Positions 38,450-52,664 are shown, numbered from the stretch's first letter. The stretch is DNA of 64,000 bases from Ascidiella aspersa (GCA_963924565.1 OZ004608.1:29884001-29948000); one strand, 5' to 3'. Program-made: numbers and translations. The notes: a model not told the origin generated them from the letters alone.

Positions 38450-40926
38450 TATTAGACCATGGGCGACTATCGTCGCTTTTGTGGTATCGTGTTTTGCATT
38501 CTGGTTCTTCCGCGCTTGTGGTAAGCTGTGCGATAATAGATCACGACACACCTTCTTTAAAGACAATTTGTTCAAAAAATGTTAAGAGGATTTAACACGG
38601 CGACTGTGCCAGTTTTGGGTGGAACAAATGAGATAAAAAAAAACAGGGTTTTGTCATGGTCGAACACACGATTGTACTTTCATACAAAATATTAGTTATC
38701 AGTTGAGAAATAGAATACGAGTATATAAGGCTCCCCTAACTATTACTCTTTTACGCTTTGCTCAAATTGCGCCTAAAATGCGTGACGTAATCTGTTGCAT
38801 CACCCGGCGATGGCGGTTTCGAGTTATACCGGCTTCGCAGCATGAGCGAACTTTGATCCTATCGTGGAGAGCAGGCCACCAACGTCGAAAGTCGATCCCG
38901 GAACCCGATCGTCGATTTCCGAGTCGCCGCCGAATTCCGGCGTTTCGTGGTTCGTTCTTCCGGGCGCTTCGCAGGAGGTATGCTTGGGTTTTGAGGACGC
39001 GCTGTTTTGTTTTATTAATATTGGGTTAGGACAGTCAGATTTTCAGTCCTTTAGAAAGAGTTCCAAGGAAATGTATTATGCCTTTGATAAAGTTTCATCC
39101 AAGAAACCTTATCAATTTTTAGGAACGGCATAATGATATTAGTAAACAGCAGTGTAAAAGCAAATAAATTTAAAAAAAATATAAATTTCTCCAAAATTCC
39201 CGTCGAATGTGAGAACATGTTTGTGTGAGTATTTAAGATTGTAAGTTGCAAAAAAATGTCGACGGCGTTTATGGAATTAACCAGGTGCGTGTACATAGTG
39301 GATCTAGATAATTTAGAGCCATATATGCGTTAACCTCACAATCGGTTAGCTTTTTAAATGGTTTTTGTTTGCCCTATTCACGTGTTAGTGGATTTAAAAG
39401 CAGCTTTCTCTTATATTTCTTCATACCATTTTTTCATGCTGTTTGTCATCAAGAAAAAAAAGAAATTTAAAAAATAAAACTTAATTATTTTGGCATAAAA
39501 AAGGTGAGACGTCGGCTTTTGAGTTCAAACAAACAGGCTAAAATATACTAGGGATTCTGGCGACGTTGGTGTTCCGATCGAGTCCCGAGCGGTCGCGTAA
39601 TGGAATAGCGCTTCTCTTTTTATCGCGGCCAAGTCAGGGTTATACGTCGATCACAGCTGTGCAGAGCTCACCGCTGTATGTGTAGGGTGTCGGCCTTTGT
39701 CGAAACTTGCGATTTCGATTACCGGAAAGCCGCGGTTTGGGGTTTGAATTTGAGAGCAAATAAATGGTTTTAGGCTGACTGATCGGAATTTAGGACTTGT
39801 ACGTTTAAATGATATCAATTATCTGGCGGTGCTTCGGACGCTTTTAGCATACCACTTCTTGGGGATTGTTGTACCCTCTAAAACCGCATTTCTTCACGTG
39901 TCGTGTATCACATTTTCCAGATAGTTGATTTTTGTGTATGTTTTGTTGGCCATGTCCCGATATCCATTCTAAAAGATTGGCGCCCACGTTTTGCAAAGTT
40001 AAAATAGCATTTCGATCAGTTAAATGGTTAAAACGGGAAACCATTGGATTTCTAGCTAATTACAATTAAGTCATAGCGGCATGGGTATTGCAGCAACGAA
40101 AAAGTCATTAGTGGCTTAAAAACAAGGAAAACAAACGGTTGTACTCATTGGGAAACACTAAACCAGAGCTTCTTCAACTGTGCGTCGCGGCACCTGTTGC
40201 GTTTTGTGGTTTCGTGAATGCGTCGTGACTAAAAATTATGTTTCGTTTAAACTTAATTGTGATAAAAAAAAGATTGCAAAAAACATTAGCCTATATACCC
40301 CCAATTTTTTGTTAGGGAATAACTACAGCGGGCGATTATGATATTCTAAACAAACCAATATAAAAATTTGATTTGGTGTTAAACAAATTGCCAAGTGAAA
40401 TTCCGTAGTGCGTCGCAAGAAAATTCAAAAAAACTTTCCAGGGGCGTCACAAGAAAAAAGTTTAAAAAAAACTGCGCTATATATAGGCTTTCGTTACTCG
40501 AAAACCATCTCAGCAATCAAAGAGTTAAACTCGCCCAGTGTGGGAAAATCGGCATCGGGCGAGATTCGAGTCGGGCCCTAATGCGGCTATCAACTAAATT
40601 CCGCCGGGACCCGCGTTAGCTCGCATCTTAACGCTCTCGTATTTCAAACCTCTCTCAGCGCGGCGACAAATACGGCTCTCTGTTGTGCTGAAACGCGTTT
40701 GAAAACTTCGCTTTTTTCTGTATCGTTTTCGAGCAGGCGCGACCGTCAGGGCTCGTAATCCGATTGCGTTGATATGCGCCCGGCCCCGATTTTTATGTGG
40801 ATTCCTGCGTGTCGGGACCTTTTTCGCCGCTGACACTGATCTGCAACGGCTCTGGGACTTTTGCGCTGAACGCGCGTCGCAATTGATTACGCGAAATGAA
40901 ATCGCTGCAAAAATAGGCTTTCAATA

Positions 40927-41162
40927 TTGGTTTCCAACCCAAGTGCCGTTTTTAACGCTCCTGGGTGCCAGGTGATGTTTCGAATCCTTGTGGATTTCCA
41001 TTTTGCTCTATTGATGAGCCTCTTGCTAGATTTTTTGTGTGCAATTGTAGTAAAACAAATCAGGAATCTTGGTTTCCAACCTGGGCGCCGTTTTTAACGC
41101 TTTAAGGGTTTCTTAGTGATATTTTGAATCCTTGTGGATTTCCATTTTGTTCTATTGGTGAG
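40927..41162. repeat. Tandem duplication, 142-bp offset
   Basis: ttggtttccaacc...gccgtttttaacgct...gaatccttgtggatttccattttg.tctattg at 40927 and 41069. Confidence 0.9.
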
Positions 41163-44100
41163 TAAAAACGAACCGTCCTGGTATTGTCGAAAAATGTATT
41201 TAACTAAGTTTACTCGTTAACATAAGACTCAAAGTGTCTAAGTGCAAAAAACAACAGCAAATGAATATTTAGCAACAGTCCTCGATTGTTTAAAATGTCA
41301 GATTAACCCGCGATGGTCCTAAACTTTCCTTTACCACATTTCAAGTCGCATTTGTCGTTTGGGGTCACTCTTTGCTACCTGAAAGATTTAGCGTAAAACT
41401 TTTGCGTTGCCGCACCTAGCTGTGTCTTTATACACATCGCCTTAATTAAGAACTATTCCGCTAATTTTACAAAATTTTATTGACTTAATATGTATTTATG
41501 CATTCTATGACCACGCAATGAACCGCCAAAAAACGGTGGGATTCTAGCTATAGGTTCGCACAAAGGCGAAATTATTTAAAGCTACACTGTTTCGTTTGCC
41601 CACATTTCGTCCGTCGCCCGTCTGAATAAAAAGATACTCTTGGGGTTAAGAGGGTTTCGTCATTAGGCCGCAGCATCACTATACGCTATCGCGCCATTAG
41701 TGCCAAAGTAAATAAACCGCAAGTCTTCAAGGGGCAAATTGCATACCGCACATAATATCGAGCAAGGCGGATATAATGGTCTTCATTAAATTTTAACGCG
41801 CCCCTCGGTCGGTAATAGGGTCCCTCACAGTGTTTTTCGGGTCCTGTAAAAAATGCGACAGGCTGCGTACCGGCACTCTAAAACAGAGTGTCACTTGCCT
41901 AAAAATAGCACCTTTTTACCTGAAAATCAATGAGCCGCTGGCATAAAGGGTTATATTATGCCAAAATATAAAGGCACAGAGCGGGAAAGCGACCCTTTGT
42001 AAGTTCATGTTTCGTAAACCGTTGCAAATTTGCAGAAAACTTGTGGGTTGAAAAATGCTATCACGCCCCGAAACCAGCGATTTATTTTATTAAACAGATA
42101 GTGCTTCTGTTGATACAAAGAGCCATTCCTTTTATTCCAGACGGACTTTGATAGTCAAATATTATCCAAATCCAACATCGAAAACTACTTACTAAAATAA
42201 AGGTGGAGTGGTGAGAAAAAAAGGTTTGTTTGTTTTTCAAGGTATCTTTTTGAAATTCCTTGGAACAAACTTTTGCTACCTCTTGTAAAAAAATCGCGCA
42301 GTTAAGAAGTACGCTTTTGGCAAACTGTTTAGCAGCGAACGTTAAAACTCAATCAATTTCTACATTTCGTTTCAAATCAGTTAATAATTTAATGCGACAA
42401 TAAAATTAGAATCATCCTTAAAATCCAGAAATCCTGAAGAGAGATTTAAATTTTTTTTGAAGTATGCTGTTGTTGTTTTTTAAATTTTCTAAAAAACAGT
42501 CCATTCAGATAACGAAAAACCGCGAAATGTATAATAAGCTTGGTTTCTTCACGAATGTTGCGACATTTTTAAACCGTCGTCCATTTTCACGCCATTAATT
42601 AGGCTTTAATTTAACAGCGCCCTACTTACTTTCAAGTAATTTTTAATATCAGATTAGCTTTAAAGTGCCAACAATTGTGATAAAAAACGAGAGGCTTTTT
42701 CATTCAAGTATTCAGTATGTTTTTTTAAAGTCTTTTTTTAACACGAAGTTGAACTTAGGTATTTATTTAGATTTTCATAGAGTTGCATAATGCTGCAGTT
42801 ACGACATCAAAAAAAACAAAACCAAACACCTTGTAACATGTTGTGTTATAAAGAGGGCGCATTTTAACCGAGTTATCAGACTGCTGTTTCGTTTTGAATG
42901 CATTTTTGCCCATTTTGCGGCTTTTTAAAAACTAAAAAAGACACAGGTGTTTCGCCATTTATCTGAGGACGTCGTTTGTCCTTATTTGTGCACAAGCAAG
43001 AACAGCAGCAAGTATAGCCGCAGCAGTCGTCGCGACTTTGATTTTTATTGGGCGCGCAGTCGTTTCGCGTTAGCTGAAGCACGAGCGAAGAGGGTCTCTA
43101 GTTAAGTGCGACCCACTTACGGCCAAAGCCAACAAGCCGCCGCGGCACATGACGCTGTTTTGACAGCATGACGGCGGTCGGAACGGCACGACCCCGGTAA
43201 AAGCGAAGTTTTACAACCCACTTTTTGTGCGCCGGTTTTTTAACCTTGTCCAAATTTACAACTTGTAGAGAGTATATGTCTCAATTTACAACTTGTATTT
43301 CTCAATTTACAACTTTGTTCCTTCGCCTTTTACTAGACAAATAAATTGTGTATTTCAAATTTACATTGGAAGTTCAAAGTTCTTTCGGAATCATACCATG
43401 CCAGACCTAATATTGCTTAACTTGCCTTTTACCCCCTTTCGCGCTTTTTAAGCCTTGTTAAAACTTGGTATTAACGCAAGAGTGTGGTCTATACATATCG
43501 ACGAAATGCATGCTACACATTTCACAACAGGAAAATCTTTCACTTTTTTCTAGAAAAAAGTTTTTTTACCACAGTTACATTGGGGGTTCAACGTTAGTTC
43601 GAAATCAAACCATTCCAGAGATGGCATTGCTCTGTGTAAAACTCAAACTTGAATTTTGTCACATTTCCAAAAAACCCTCGATCGACAACCGGATGTCGTC
43701 CAAAAAGTAAAACACATTCTGCCCACATAAAAAATCGCCGATTGGTCAAAGAAAGAGGTCCGTTTCTTTCAAGGCAAACTTGCCCTATACCCAGTCCGAC
43801 GGTGCCGATAAATCAGCTCGTCGGCGCAATTTGAAAAGCCGGGGAGCACTCAGCTCGCTCGGCCAAACCGCAAAACCCCTCCGTTGCCATTTCGATCAAG
43901 TGCCCAGGAAACAACACTCCGACCGCATGTTTCGTTTTGTTGCGCCGTGCTTTGTCGACCGATTTTGAACGCGCGATGTTGCCATTCGTCGTTCGTTCAC
44001 CGCACTTGTTACTTATGCGAAAAATAGCTGGAAAAGCGCACCGCTTTGAACAAAAATTAGTCTGCAGGGTGTAAAACTTTTAATATGAATATGCATTTCG

Positions 44101-47100
44101 CCATTCGCGATATAAATAGCATCATCAGTTTATCTGTACAAATAAATAGTAAAAACTATTAAAATATTAAAATTTGATATAAATTAAACTTTTAACGTCG
44201 GCATTATGTGTTCTGTTGGAAGGCAAGAGGGGAAACACGTACTAAGCTTGTGCGAAAACAGTGTTTTTTATACTCGAAGCAAATTTTAAACTTCCAACAC
44301 GGCTGCACTTTTTAAAAGCTGGCCACATGACGGCATTTAAACTAAGACATTTAAAGCACAAACTCGTTTTTACGGGTATAACTTTTGCAGTAATTTTTTT
44401 TAGTAAGAACATAGATTTACACTATGCCTTTCCTAGGCATTATTTGTTTTTACAAATTGTTTAAAAATTTTCTGGAAGCTGGCATAATGTTACGAAACTG
44501 ATTGTATAACCAAACACCTGTTTTAAAGTTATGCATACTCAAACCAGTTAGTGAATTGTGCCTAAAGAATCTTTTGGCGAGAGTTTTTTCAGTTTTTTTA
44601 TAATGGCCTTTTGCATCACGCAAATTCCAAAAGTACACCTGTGGTTAGTTTCGCCTTATGAATTTACAACGGTCAATTTGCAGAGTTGCTTTAACCCTGA
44701 GAGGGAAATGATGGATTTTAAATGACATAATTTATAAATATATTTAAAACAATATTATTGTACTGGAAAAAATTGATGGTTAACAACACTATAATGAGCT
44801 AATAACTTGCATTCAAACATTCATCTCGAGTTAGACGATTGAGCGGCCAATATAATCCTTTATTATTTAGCGGTCAAAGGTAGCTTCTTGTATTACAGTA
44901 GGAATTGCCCTCGATAAAAGTTTGTCTCTTATAAGTAACTATACGCATATCAAGAACCATTACCTTGCGCGTATAGTAATACCGCTGCCAAAATGGCCAA
45001 GCGCAAGCTACTTGGTCGCTCAGCCTGTCAGCACGCATTTTACAGCGGGCGACATGAGTAGGCCTAAAAGCGACGCGCGACATTCTCGCCGCGACACAGC
45101 GACGGGTCAAACGTCGTATAAAGGGGTCGCTGGATTGCACTAGATGAACCTGAATTACCCACGCCTGCGCATAGGCCAATCGTTTTTTGGCCAACTTAAG
45201 AATAGCTACTGTTTAAAACAAAAACTTTCAAACGCTGTGAAGGAAAACGTGTTCAAATTTAAACGTAAGTCGTTGTTCTTAACCTTTGGTTCCGCGAAAA
45301 GAGTTTTTAAGTCCCCTATTTTTTTTCATAATTTTTTTGAAATAAAGGACGTCAAAAACTCTACACCAAAGGATAATTATTGTTGCTATACCCAAAACCA
45401 ACAAAAATAGCGCAAAAAGGAACATTCCTACAACGTCAACCGCAAGGCTTTTAACATCCTTGTTTGCCCATCGTTTAAGCACGCGCCGCCCAAACCGCAT
45501 CACGGCAGTCTCAACAACTTCCTACCACCGCCGAGTTCAAGTTCGGCCCCTAACTCACCCCAAAGGCCCCAGGCCGGATCGGGTTCGGGGTCCCCTTGTC
45601 GCGTGTCGCGTTGCAGCGTCAAAAAATCGCATCGCGTCACGCGGTAATTTCGAGCGGCCCACTTGCCTTTTTGGCAGCCCCAAGCCCCCGTTTAAAGCCC
45701 CCAGGGTGAACCCGCGACCTTGATCCCAACCGGCGCTAATTAAAATCGCGCCCAGCTGTTGGATTGCGCCTTGACTGGCCTGAAACAAAAGAGCCGCCGA
45801 AATTCCGCTCATTTCTACGTGCTTTATAAGACTGCTGGGAAACTTTGCGCCTGAGAAATGGAGATTCGACAATTAAAACTCTGTTTGTCAGGGAAACGCA
45901 AGAACACTGGTTAGCGCCACTTCATAGAAAAATGTGCGAAAACTTGAGTTTTGCGGCATTGACTATTTCTCACCGACTGTCGTTCGCACGCAGAAACTGA
46001 CAATCAAGTCGCATATATGTTTAATTACTGGCCGAGATAGCTTGTCCTTGATGTGTCCCGTTTCCCGCCCGCTCACCGCCTAATTGCATTCCTGTCATCC
46101 GGGCATAATTATTAACGTTACACCGACAGGAAAAGCCCGTATGTTTCATGGCGGGGCTTTTTGCCGTATTTTGTTCCGATATGACTCGGTCCAGTTTCGG
46201 TAGCTCTTTATGTTGGATAATCTTTGCATCGTTGTTGGAATTCGACCGTTTTGCATGCAAGAAGCCATACGCAGATAACTTAAAAGTCTCGCTGCAAATT
46301 ACTGCAGTTGCAGCGAAATTTATTTGAAAAAAGACAATTTTAAAACAGTCGAAATTCCAAGAGTTGACTTTAGACTCAAAACGAGCCTTTTTGTTGCCCT
46401 AAAAAGTGCTGTTTGTCGAAATAGACAAAATACTTGTTTTGCAGATACAAAATTTCCATAATCTTAATTTCGCATCTTATGCCAAATTGTATTCAGCGTA
46501 GGCCGCTTTAAGAGGTTGCGCGGGGGCACTATACTATGTCGATCAGGTTAGACTCAGGCGGCTAAAGGCCTGTAAACCTATAACCGCGGGGGCGTTACGA
46601 CAGAATCGCTTGGTCAGTGCAAAAAAACAGCAGCTACGATGTTCTAAAAGCCGAATTAGTCGTGTCAGGGCGAAAAAAGTGGGTGTCCGTCAGTCTGAGG
46701 CCGGTCATTTTAACTCTCGTACAGCCGCTTAGGTATAGTTGGCCTCGTGTAACCTGCAGTAGTGCGCTCGCTGGTACAGGCGCTATATTTAGCCTGTAAT
46801 GGATTTGAGCCGCACATCGATAAATGCCACTCGGGCACGGTATAGCTCCCGCCCGCTGACAAGTCATTCGTCCACCGCCTCTGCAGGCAATTCTCGCTAC
46901 AGCGAAATCGACGCAAGGAAGCGGACTTGGAAATTCTAAACGTTTTTTATATGTCCCAACAGAACCACAAAGGGTATAAAAGGATTCAAGGCAAATTTAT
47001 TCAAATGATTTTGAAATTAAGTTTTTAAGCAGAAATGATGATGTTGAATTAAGTTGCTTTAGAATATCTTGTCATACCCGTTTGGATCTACAACCATGAG

Positions 47101-48242
47101 TGTTTGAACGTAAGGCTTAGATCCCAATAAAAAAAATTAATAATAATATTATTAGTTTATTAACATTTTTTAAATTAGTTTGGAATTAAAATTAGAGCTT
47201 CTCGTATCTTTCACTTTGGATTGGAGTTGGATTTAGCGAATTCACACAAGCAGTTCACAGATACATTTAAAATTAGAATAGGATCATATTGCTCTAACTA
47301 TAACTCATAATATCGAAAACAGTTTAAATTCCAAGTTGTCGATGTCTGCTACAAAGAGACCAAGTGCTTTGAGGCACTCTAATCCCGTCATTAAAGGCAC
47401 TTCGCTCGTTCTAAGGGCGCAGTTTGCCTTCATGTGTGCCAACCGGTTTGGGTCAAACGCTTATTGCGCTTGACATGCTCATGTCTCGTTGTCCAGTCTG
47501 TCACACAGGGGCGATTTTAAAGTCCTGACCCTCGAGGTCCTTTAAATGGGATTGATCGATGATCGTGCCAAGTTGAACCACACACTTGACGCCGTTTTAA
47601 AGTATGGGTCCCCTTCGGACGGCGGCCTGTCGCTAAAATATTTGTAAAGCCTTTTTGTGCTGGATGTGGAAATTCCTCCATTCATTTTGACATGTACACA
47701 ACGAAGGCTACGCATTAGAAGTATACATAATCTGTAATTATACTCAAAAGTATAATCATGCCCTTTGGGGATTTTGACCGAATTGCTATCAAAATTTTGG
47801 CCTTGTAAATATATCAAACTGTTTTGGGAGTTTTTTCAAATTTTTACTGCCCATTTTAATTCCTCAACGCCAAATTTATCTACTATTTGTAGACTATAAG
47901 TAGCAAAAACTTTAAATGTTTTTATTTAAATTGGATTTAAATTATCGCCATTCTACGCTACGGGTTTATATAACTAAACAATCTGTGGAAATCAACACAA
48001 GTATCCATTGATTGATTGAGAAATTTTTTTTTTTACTGAGCAAAAAAGAATTATAATGCAAGCCTAAAAAGTTAAAAACTTAATAATCTCATTTCACTGA
48101 AAACCTTATTCTTATAACGACGGCGGTTGTTTAAAATACTGCATACGGCCGACAATGCCAAAAAGTTTGGCAAACACTGTCTTACCCTATTTCTTTTAAT
48201 AAAAAAGTTACACGCCCCCTAAAACTAAAACAAATTCTCCAG

Positions 48243-48429
48243 GTCTGGCGACTCGACCTCGTCATGATTATCCTCTTTCGGGGACTTCCCCTGGAGTCGA
48301 CCGACGGCGAGCGCCTGTCTAAGGCGCACTCTTGTGGCCAGAACGCGGGCCTGTGCGTCCAGCCCTACCACATCAGCGTCACCGTGAAGGAGCTCGACCT
48401 CTACCTCGCCAACTTTGTTAAGGAAGAAG
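48243..48429 (+). CDS. NFI: NFI coding exon, second part of the DNA-binding/dimerisation domain
   Basis: Acceptor ttctccAG (48241-48242), then [62 protein letters not shown], which directly continues RQADK. Phase-1 donor G|GTGAGT at 48430. Confidence 0.97.
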
Positions 48430-48728
48430 GTGAGTGTTATAACATATATAGTTGCTGGGTACACCGAAAACCATTGCAGACTCACCGAATCTGTCGATCA
48501 ATGATGCAATCATGTCGGGCTAGATCTGAGTCTACAATGCTTTTCGGTGTACTATTGTTACGTAAGCTGTAATCGTTGGCCAAAAAGCAGCTTAAGAATG
48601 GCTAAATCTCAGTTGTTAACACACATATGTGTGTGCAAACTGTGCATGTTTCATTAAATGCTTGCTGGTTTACGAACGATTGGGTAAAACAAATGTCTTG
48701 CATCGCTATTTGTCGCTATTCAGAGTTG

Positions 48729-49190
48729 CAGGGTTACAATAAATCAAGTCAATGACTCAATGATTGACTTAAGTACTCTTATAGGTCACTGTGTTTAAAT
48801 TACTTGACTTGACTCAAAGTCGTTTGGGCAAAATTACTTTACTTGACTTTACTCTTTTGGAGAAATGACTAGACTTGACCTGACGTAAGTCTTTTGAGAA
48901 AATGACTTTATTTGAATTAAATCATTAAACAGATTACTTGGGTTGCAATGAAGTGTTTCATCAAAGTATTGTTTTTTCATAAAACTTAGATTATTTATCT
49001 TCATTTTTTGAGTTTGCTTGCTATAGGTTGCATTTTTTATTTCTGTTTCGGACATAATCGATCTAGTTTCAATTTTTAATTGTTTAGCATTTGACTTTTA
49101 TGACAAGGACTTGACCTGGAATTGAATCTTTCTAATTATGACTTAATTGGGAATCAACTTATTGTTTATTCGAAAGACTTTCCCTTATAC
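48729..49190 (-). mobile_element. Diverged copy of the AAGTC-repeat hAT element
   Basis: Collinear with the reverse complement of the right end of 34807-35299 (gactt repeats); the right boundary is approximate. Confidence 0.7.
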
Positions 49191-49231
49191 AGTTTAAGTT
49201 TAAGCATTAAAATGTTTTCTGTTTCCTACAG

Positions 49232-49291
49232 ACACGACAGAGGAAGGGACCAGAGAAGATGACGACACATTGAGGGAGGAATCGTGCAAAG
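49232..49291 (+). CDS. NFI: Probable NFI 60-bp symmetric (phase 1-1) exon, acidic linker DTTEEGTREDDDTLREESCK
   Basis: Strong acceptor tgttttctgtttcctacAG (49230-49231), purine-rich open frame in the correct phase after the previous exon, donor AAG|GTGAAA at 49292. No homology support, as the NFI linker is poorly conserved. Confidence 0.7.
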
Positions 49292-49555
49292 GTGAAAAGT
49301 TTCTTATTTTTGATAGGCAGTCTACATTTATCACTATATACGAGTAGTTTCCAGTCGCTTTGCAAGTTTCCGCTCTTGAAAGCAAAATCGTATTAATTTT
49401 TATTCCAGACTTGATGTCTAACGCATTTCTCAAATAAATCCAATTGCCGACAAACCTTTTAAGTATTATATTAAAACAAACCCAAAACCGGTGGGTTTAT
49501 ATGAGTTCCGTTAAAATATTTACTCGATTACATTGAGTTCTGTAATAATTTACGT

Positions 49556-49912
49556 CAGGGGAAAACTGGGTTCTGTGAAGCACCTAGGGATACGTGATTG
49601 AGTTGGGGGCCGTAAAGACCTAATTTAAACCTTAATGTATAATTAGAAAAATGCAATTAACTTTAAAAAAAAATTAGGCTAATGGAAAATATTTTAGGCG
49701 CCCTCTTTGCCCTTTGTAACTGCATTCAGACTTTCCAGTTTTACATCGTTGAAACCGAAAACAGCGGGTTTTGTAGGTCCACTTCTTTTATGACGTCATC
49801 TGTAAAAATTCCGTGCCGACCTTTGTCCACGCGAGGCAAAATATTTTTAATGGGTCCACTCCGAAAAAATGTTTTTAGAAAAAAACTTTTTCTGAAAAAG
49901 TTTGAAACCCTG
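49556..49912. mobile_element. Non-autonomous hAT element related to 7318-7637
   Basis: Ends caggg / aagtttgaaaccctg; shared internal blocks aaacagcgg..gtcca and atgacg.catct.taaaa; TSD atttacgt / gtttaggt (6/8). Confidence 0.65.
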
Positions 49913-50333
49913 GTTTAGGTTGACAGAAACAAGATAAAAAGGCGTAATTTTTAATCACGTGTGTATTTTATTACACGATTTGGTACGAAAGAAAACTTTC
50001 CAATGGAAAATAATCTTGCGGCAAAAATCATATGGGTAACGTATCAATTTAAAAACCAAACGTCGACTTGTTCCTTCGCGTTTTGTCGAGTTTCGTGGAT
50101 ACAATCAGTCCGACGAAAGATGTACGTCCGCTCTCTTAACCGTCCGTCGCAAATCCGGAGCCGCGCAGAGCGATAACCATCGCCGTGGCGCGGTGCGCGC
50201 GCTTGACCCTTCGGACACGGATAATTGGTTGCGCGCGCAAATCTCCGTTTCGACACGGCGCGACACAAGAGTCGCCTGTCGCGCGCCGATCGTTTCGCGA
50301 TTTGGCGAGCGGAGTTAGACGCAACCCTTAGCG

Positions 50334-50626
50334 CAGGGGTTCTTAAACATTTTTTTACCGCGGCCCCTAATATATTTTTTTGCTTCGCGTGGACCATGGT
50401 AGGAAAGAAATTTCCAGAGATGGCCTTATAAAATGACGTAAAAATATAAATCAAATTTAGAAATCTGCTGGTTCGGTCCAAAACATGTTTGAGCTAAATG
50501 GAGTCTTAATACATTCAGAGCAAAAAAACGTTTTATTTGTAATTACATTTTTTTTTAAATTGTCTACTTCGTAAATATACTTTAACATTTGAATTAAGCC
50601 TCACAGACTCCGGTTTAAGGACCCTG
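50334..50626. mobile_element. Non-autonomous hAT (Charlie/Buster-like) element
   Basis: TIRs caggggttcttaaac / gtttaaggaccctg; perfect 8-bp TSD ccttagcg. Confidence 0.88.
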
Positions 50627-50791
50627 CCTTAGCGCGAACGGCGGCGGTTTGCCAGCTTTCGTCTGTCAGCGATCGTTATGACCTCCACTGCATTTCCTTG
50701 CCCATTGCCCAACCCGGCGGTTATCGCTCTCGCGTTCTTTCCTATATTTTTGTATATGGCCGTATTTGTTTAACTCTAAATCAATCAATCA

Positions 50792-51065
50792 GGAGGCACT
50801 GTATAAAAACAAATTCTATTGAATTCTCGACAAGCTTTCGCACAACCGTGTTTCATCCGGTCAAAGTATAACATAAAATAATTAAAATGCACGTAAAGCA
50901 CAAGCGCAAGTGAAATGCAATTATAATGGTGACGTCTAACATATCCACACACACATGCCCCTTTTTTACGTGCATTTTAATTGTTTTCTTTTATAACTGA
51001 TCTGATGAAGCATGCGAAAAGCTTGTCGATAAATCCAATGCAATTTGTCTTTATAAAGTGCCACC
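50792..51065. mobile_element. MITE with ~50-bp terminal inverted repeats
   Basis: ggaggcactgtataaaaacaaattctattgaattctcgacaagctttcgca versus the reverse complement of the right end, ggtggcactttataaagacaaattgcattggatttatcgacaagcttttcgca. Confidence 0.8.
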
Positions 51066-52394
51066 GGATTCATCTATTTCCTATTTTTGTGTGTGACATT
51101 TTTAGGGCGCGTATTCTAAATATGGCTGACGCTGTATAACGCGTTTTTTTCACGCTAGAAAAAGTATTGGTTTAGCTGTTTCTTCTTCAGTTTTGCAATG
51201 TGATTTATACCAAACTTTTCCAGTATGCAACAGAAATGTTAACAGCTATTCAGCCGCTCAGGTATATTTAAAGTTAACGAATTATTGTTTTTATGTAATG
51301 TTTAGCAAAATTTTATTTTTTAACTTGTACCAGTCTCAAATTCGTAGGCGTGAAATTTCTTGCAAAATTTCAGTTTTACAAAACAAAAAAACTTTGGGTG
51401 TTTCGGGTTAAATATCTACTTTCCTAAAAAGTCACTTTACACAACAGGTTAAATTTTATCAAGCAGTTCAAGTGCAAGCCCTGACTTAATTTTAGGCGGT
51501 GTGTTGAAAAGGTTAACTTCAGCATCGACCTTATGTGTCGAAATGCCAACATGCCACACACTGCCCACACACTGCGTTATTTGTATGGGGTTTACCTCTA
51601 CCGCGTCATTTTTAGCCACCATGAAACTTAATTTTGACGTACTTGCCAATAAACGGCCACTGGAGATTCTCTTGCGGCCATTTTAGTCATCTATAGCACG
51701 TTTTACATACGTGGAAAATAGTTTTTGATCTTTTTTTAGGCGACTAACTTTATAAAAACCTATTAACGGCCTCCAGACCCTTTGACTAATGCTTTGTCAT
51801 TACGCTAATTAACATACAAATAAGAAGAACTATTTTCTAAAAGAGCTTATATAGCCTGTCGAATGAAAAACACGCATTAAATCCATCCATCCATTGGCAT
51901 ATTCAAATTGAACATTCTAGAAGTAAACTATACCTTTCGATGTTTTTTTTTTAACTTTTAAAGATTAATTGTGTATACAAGTTTTACGGGATAATGCCAT
52001 TTTCGTAACCGTGTTATTATGGTTTCTTGTACTCCATTGAACTCGTGTAGTCTGAAAAAAGAAAAACTGAAAAGCACTACTTTAATTAAACAATCAAATT
52101 AGATTTTTTCTGCTAACTTTTTGAAAACGCTTTCACATATTTTATTATTATTTTTGATTTAAATGAAATAAGTTAAAATGAACTAAAACAAAATGGCGGA
52201 TCAGGGCAGTCTTATTCAAAACAACGTCGCGAAAACATATGCGTGGACGCGTTTCAAGGTTGGAGCAATTCCAGGCTGTTCGCTTGTTCTTCTGGCTTTG
52301 ATTGGGGCGAGCAAAGTAACTGCACGCTGCGTAAAGCCGCAAATATAGGTTTTTGTATCTAAGCGACAAAGCTTGACAAACAGATATCTTACCC

Positions 52395-52664
52395 CAGTGT
52401 TCCTTAACATTTTTTCCGCTGCCACCCAAAATAATAAGCATGAGAATAACAGCGAAGCTTTGCCCACGCAATTCTTTTCACTAAGCTTTTTATAAGTAAA
52501 CAAAGCATAACAAAAATAGCAAAAATAAATTCGAATTTGACTAATATAAGCCGTGACTTCGTAATGCTTCCGCTAATGCAGAGTGTACTATCTGCACTCG
52601 GCGACCCGTTTAAATCAAATCGCGCCTTAATTTTGGCTTGCAACCCGTAGGTTGAGAAACACTG
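52395..52664. mobile_element. Non-autonomous hAT element
   Basis: TIRs cagtgttccttaac / gttgagaaacactg; TSD tcttaccc / tcctagcc (6/8). Confidence 0.7.
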
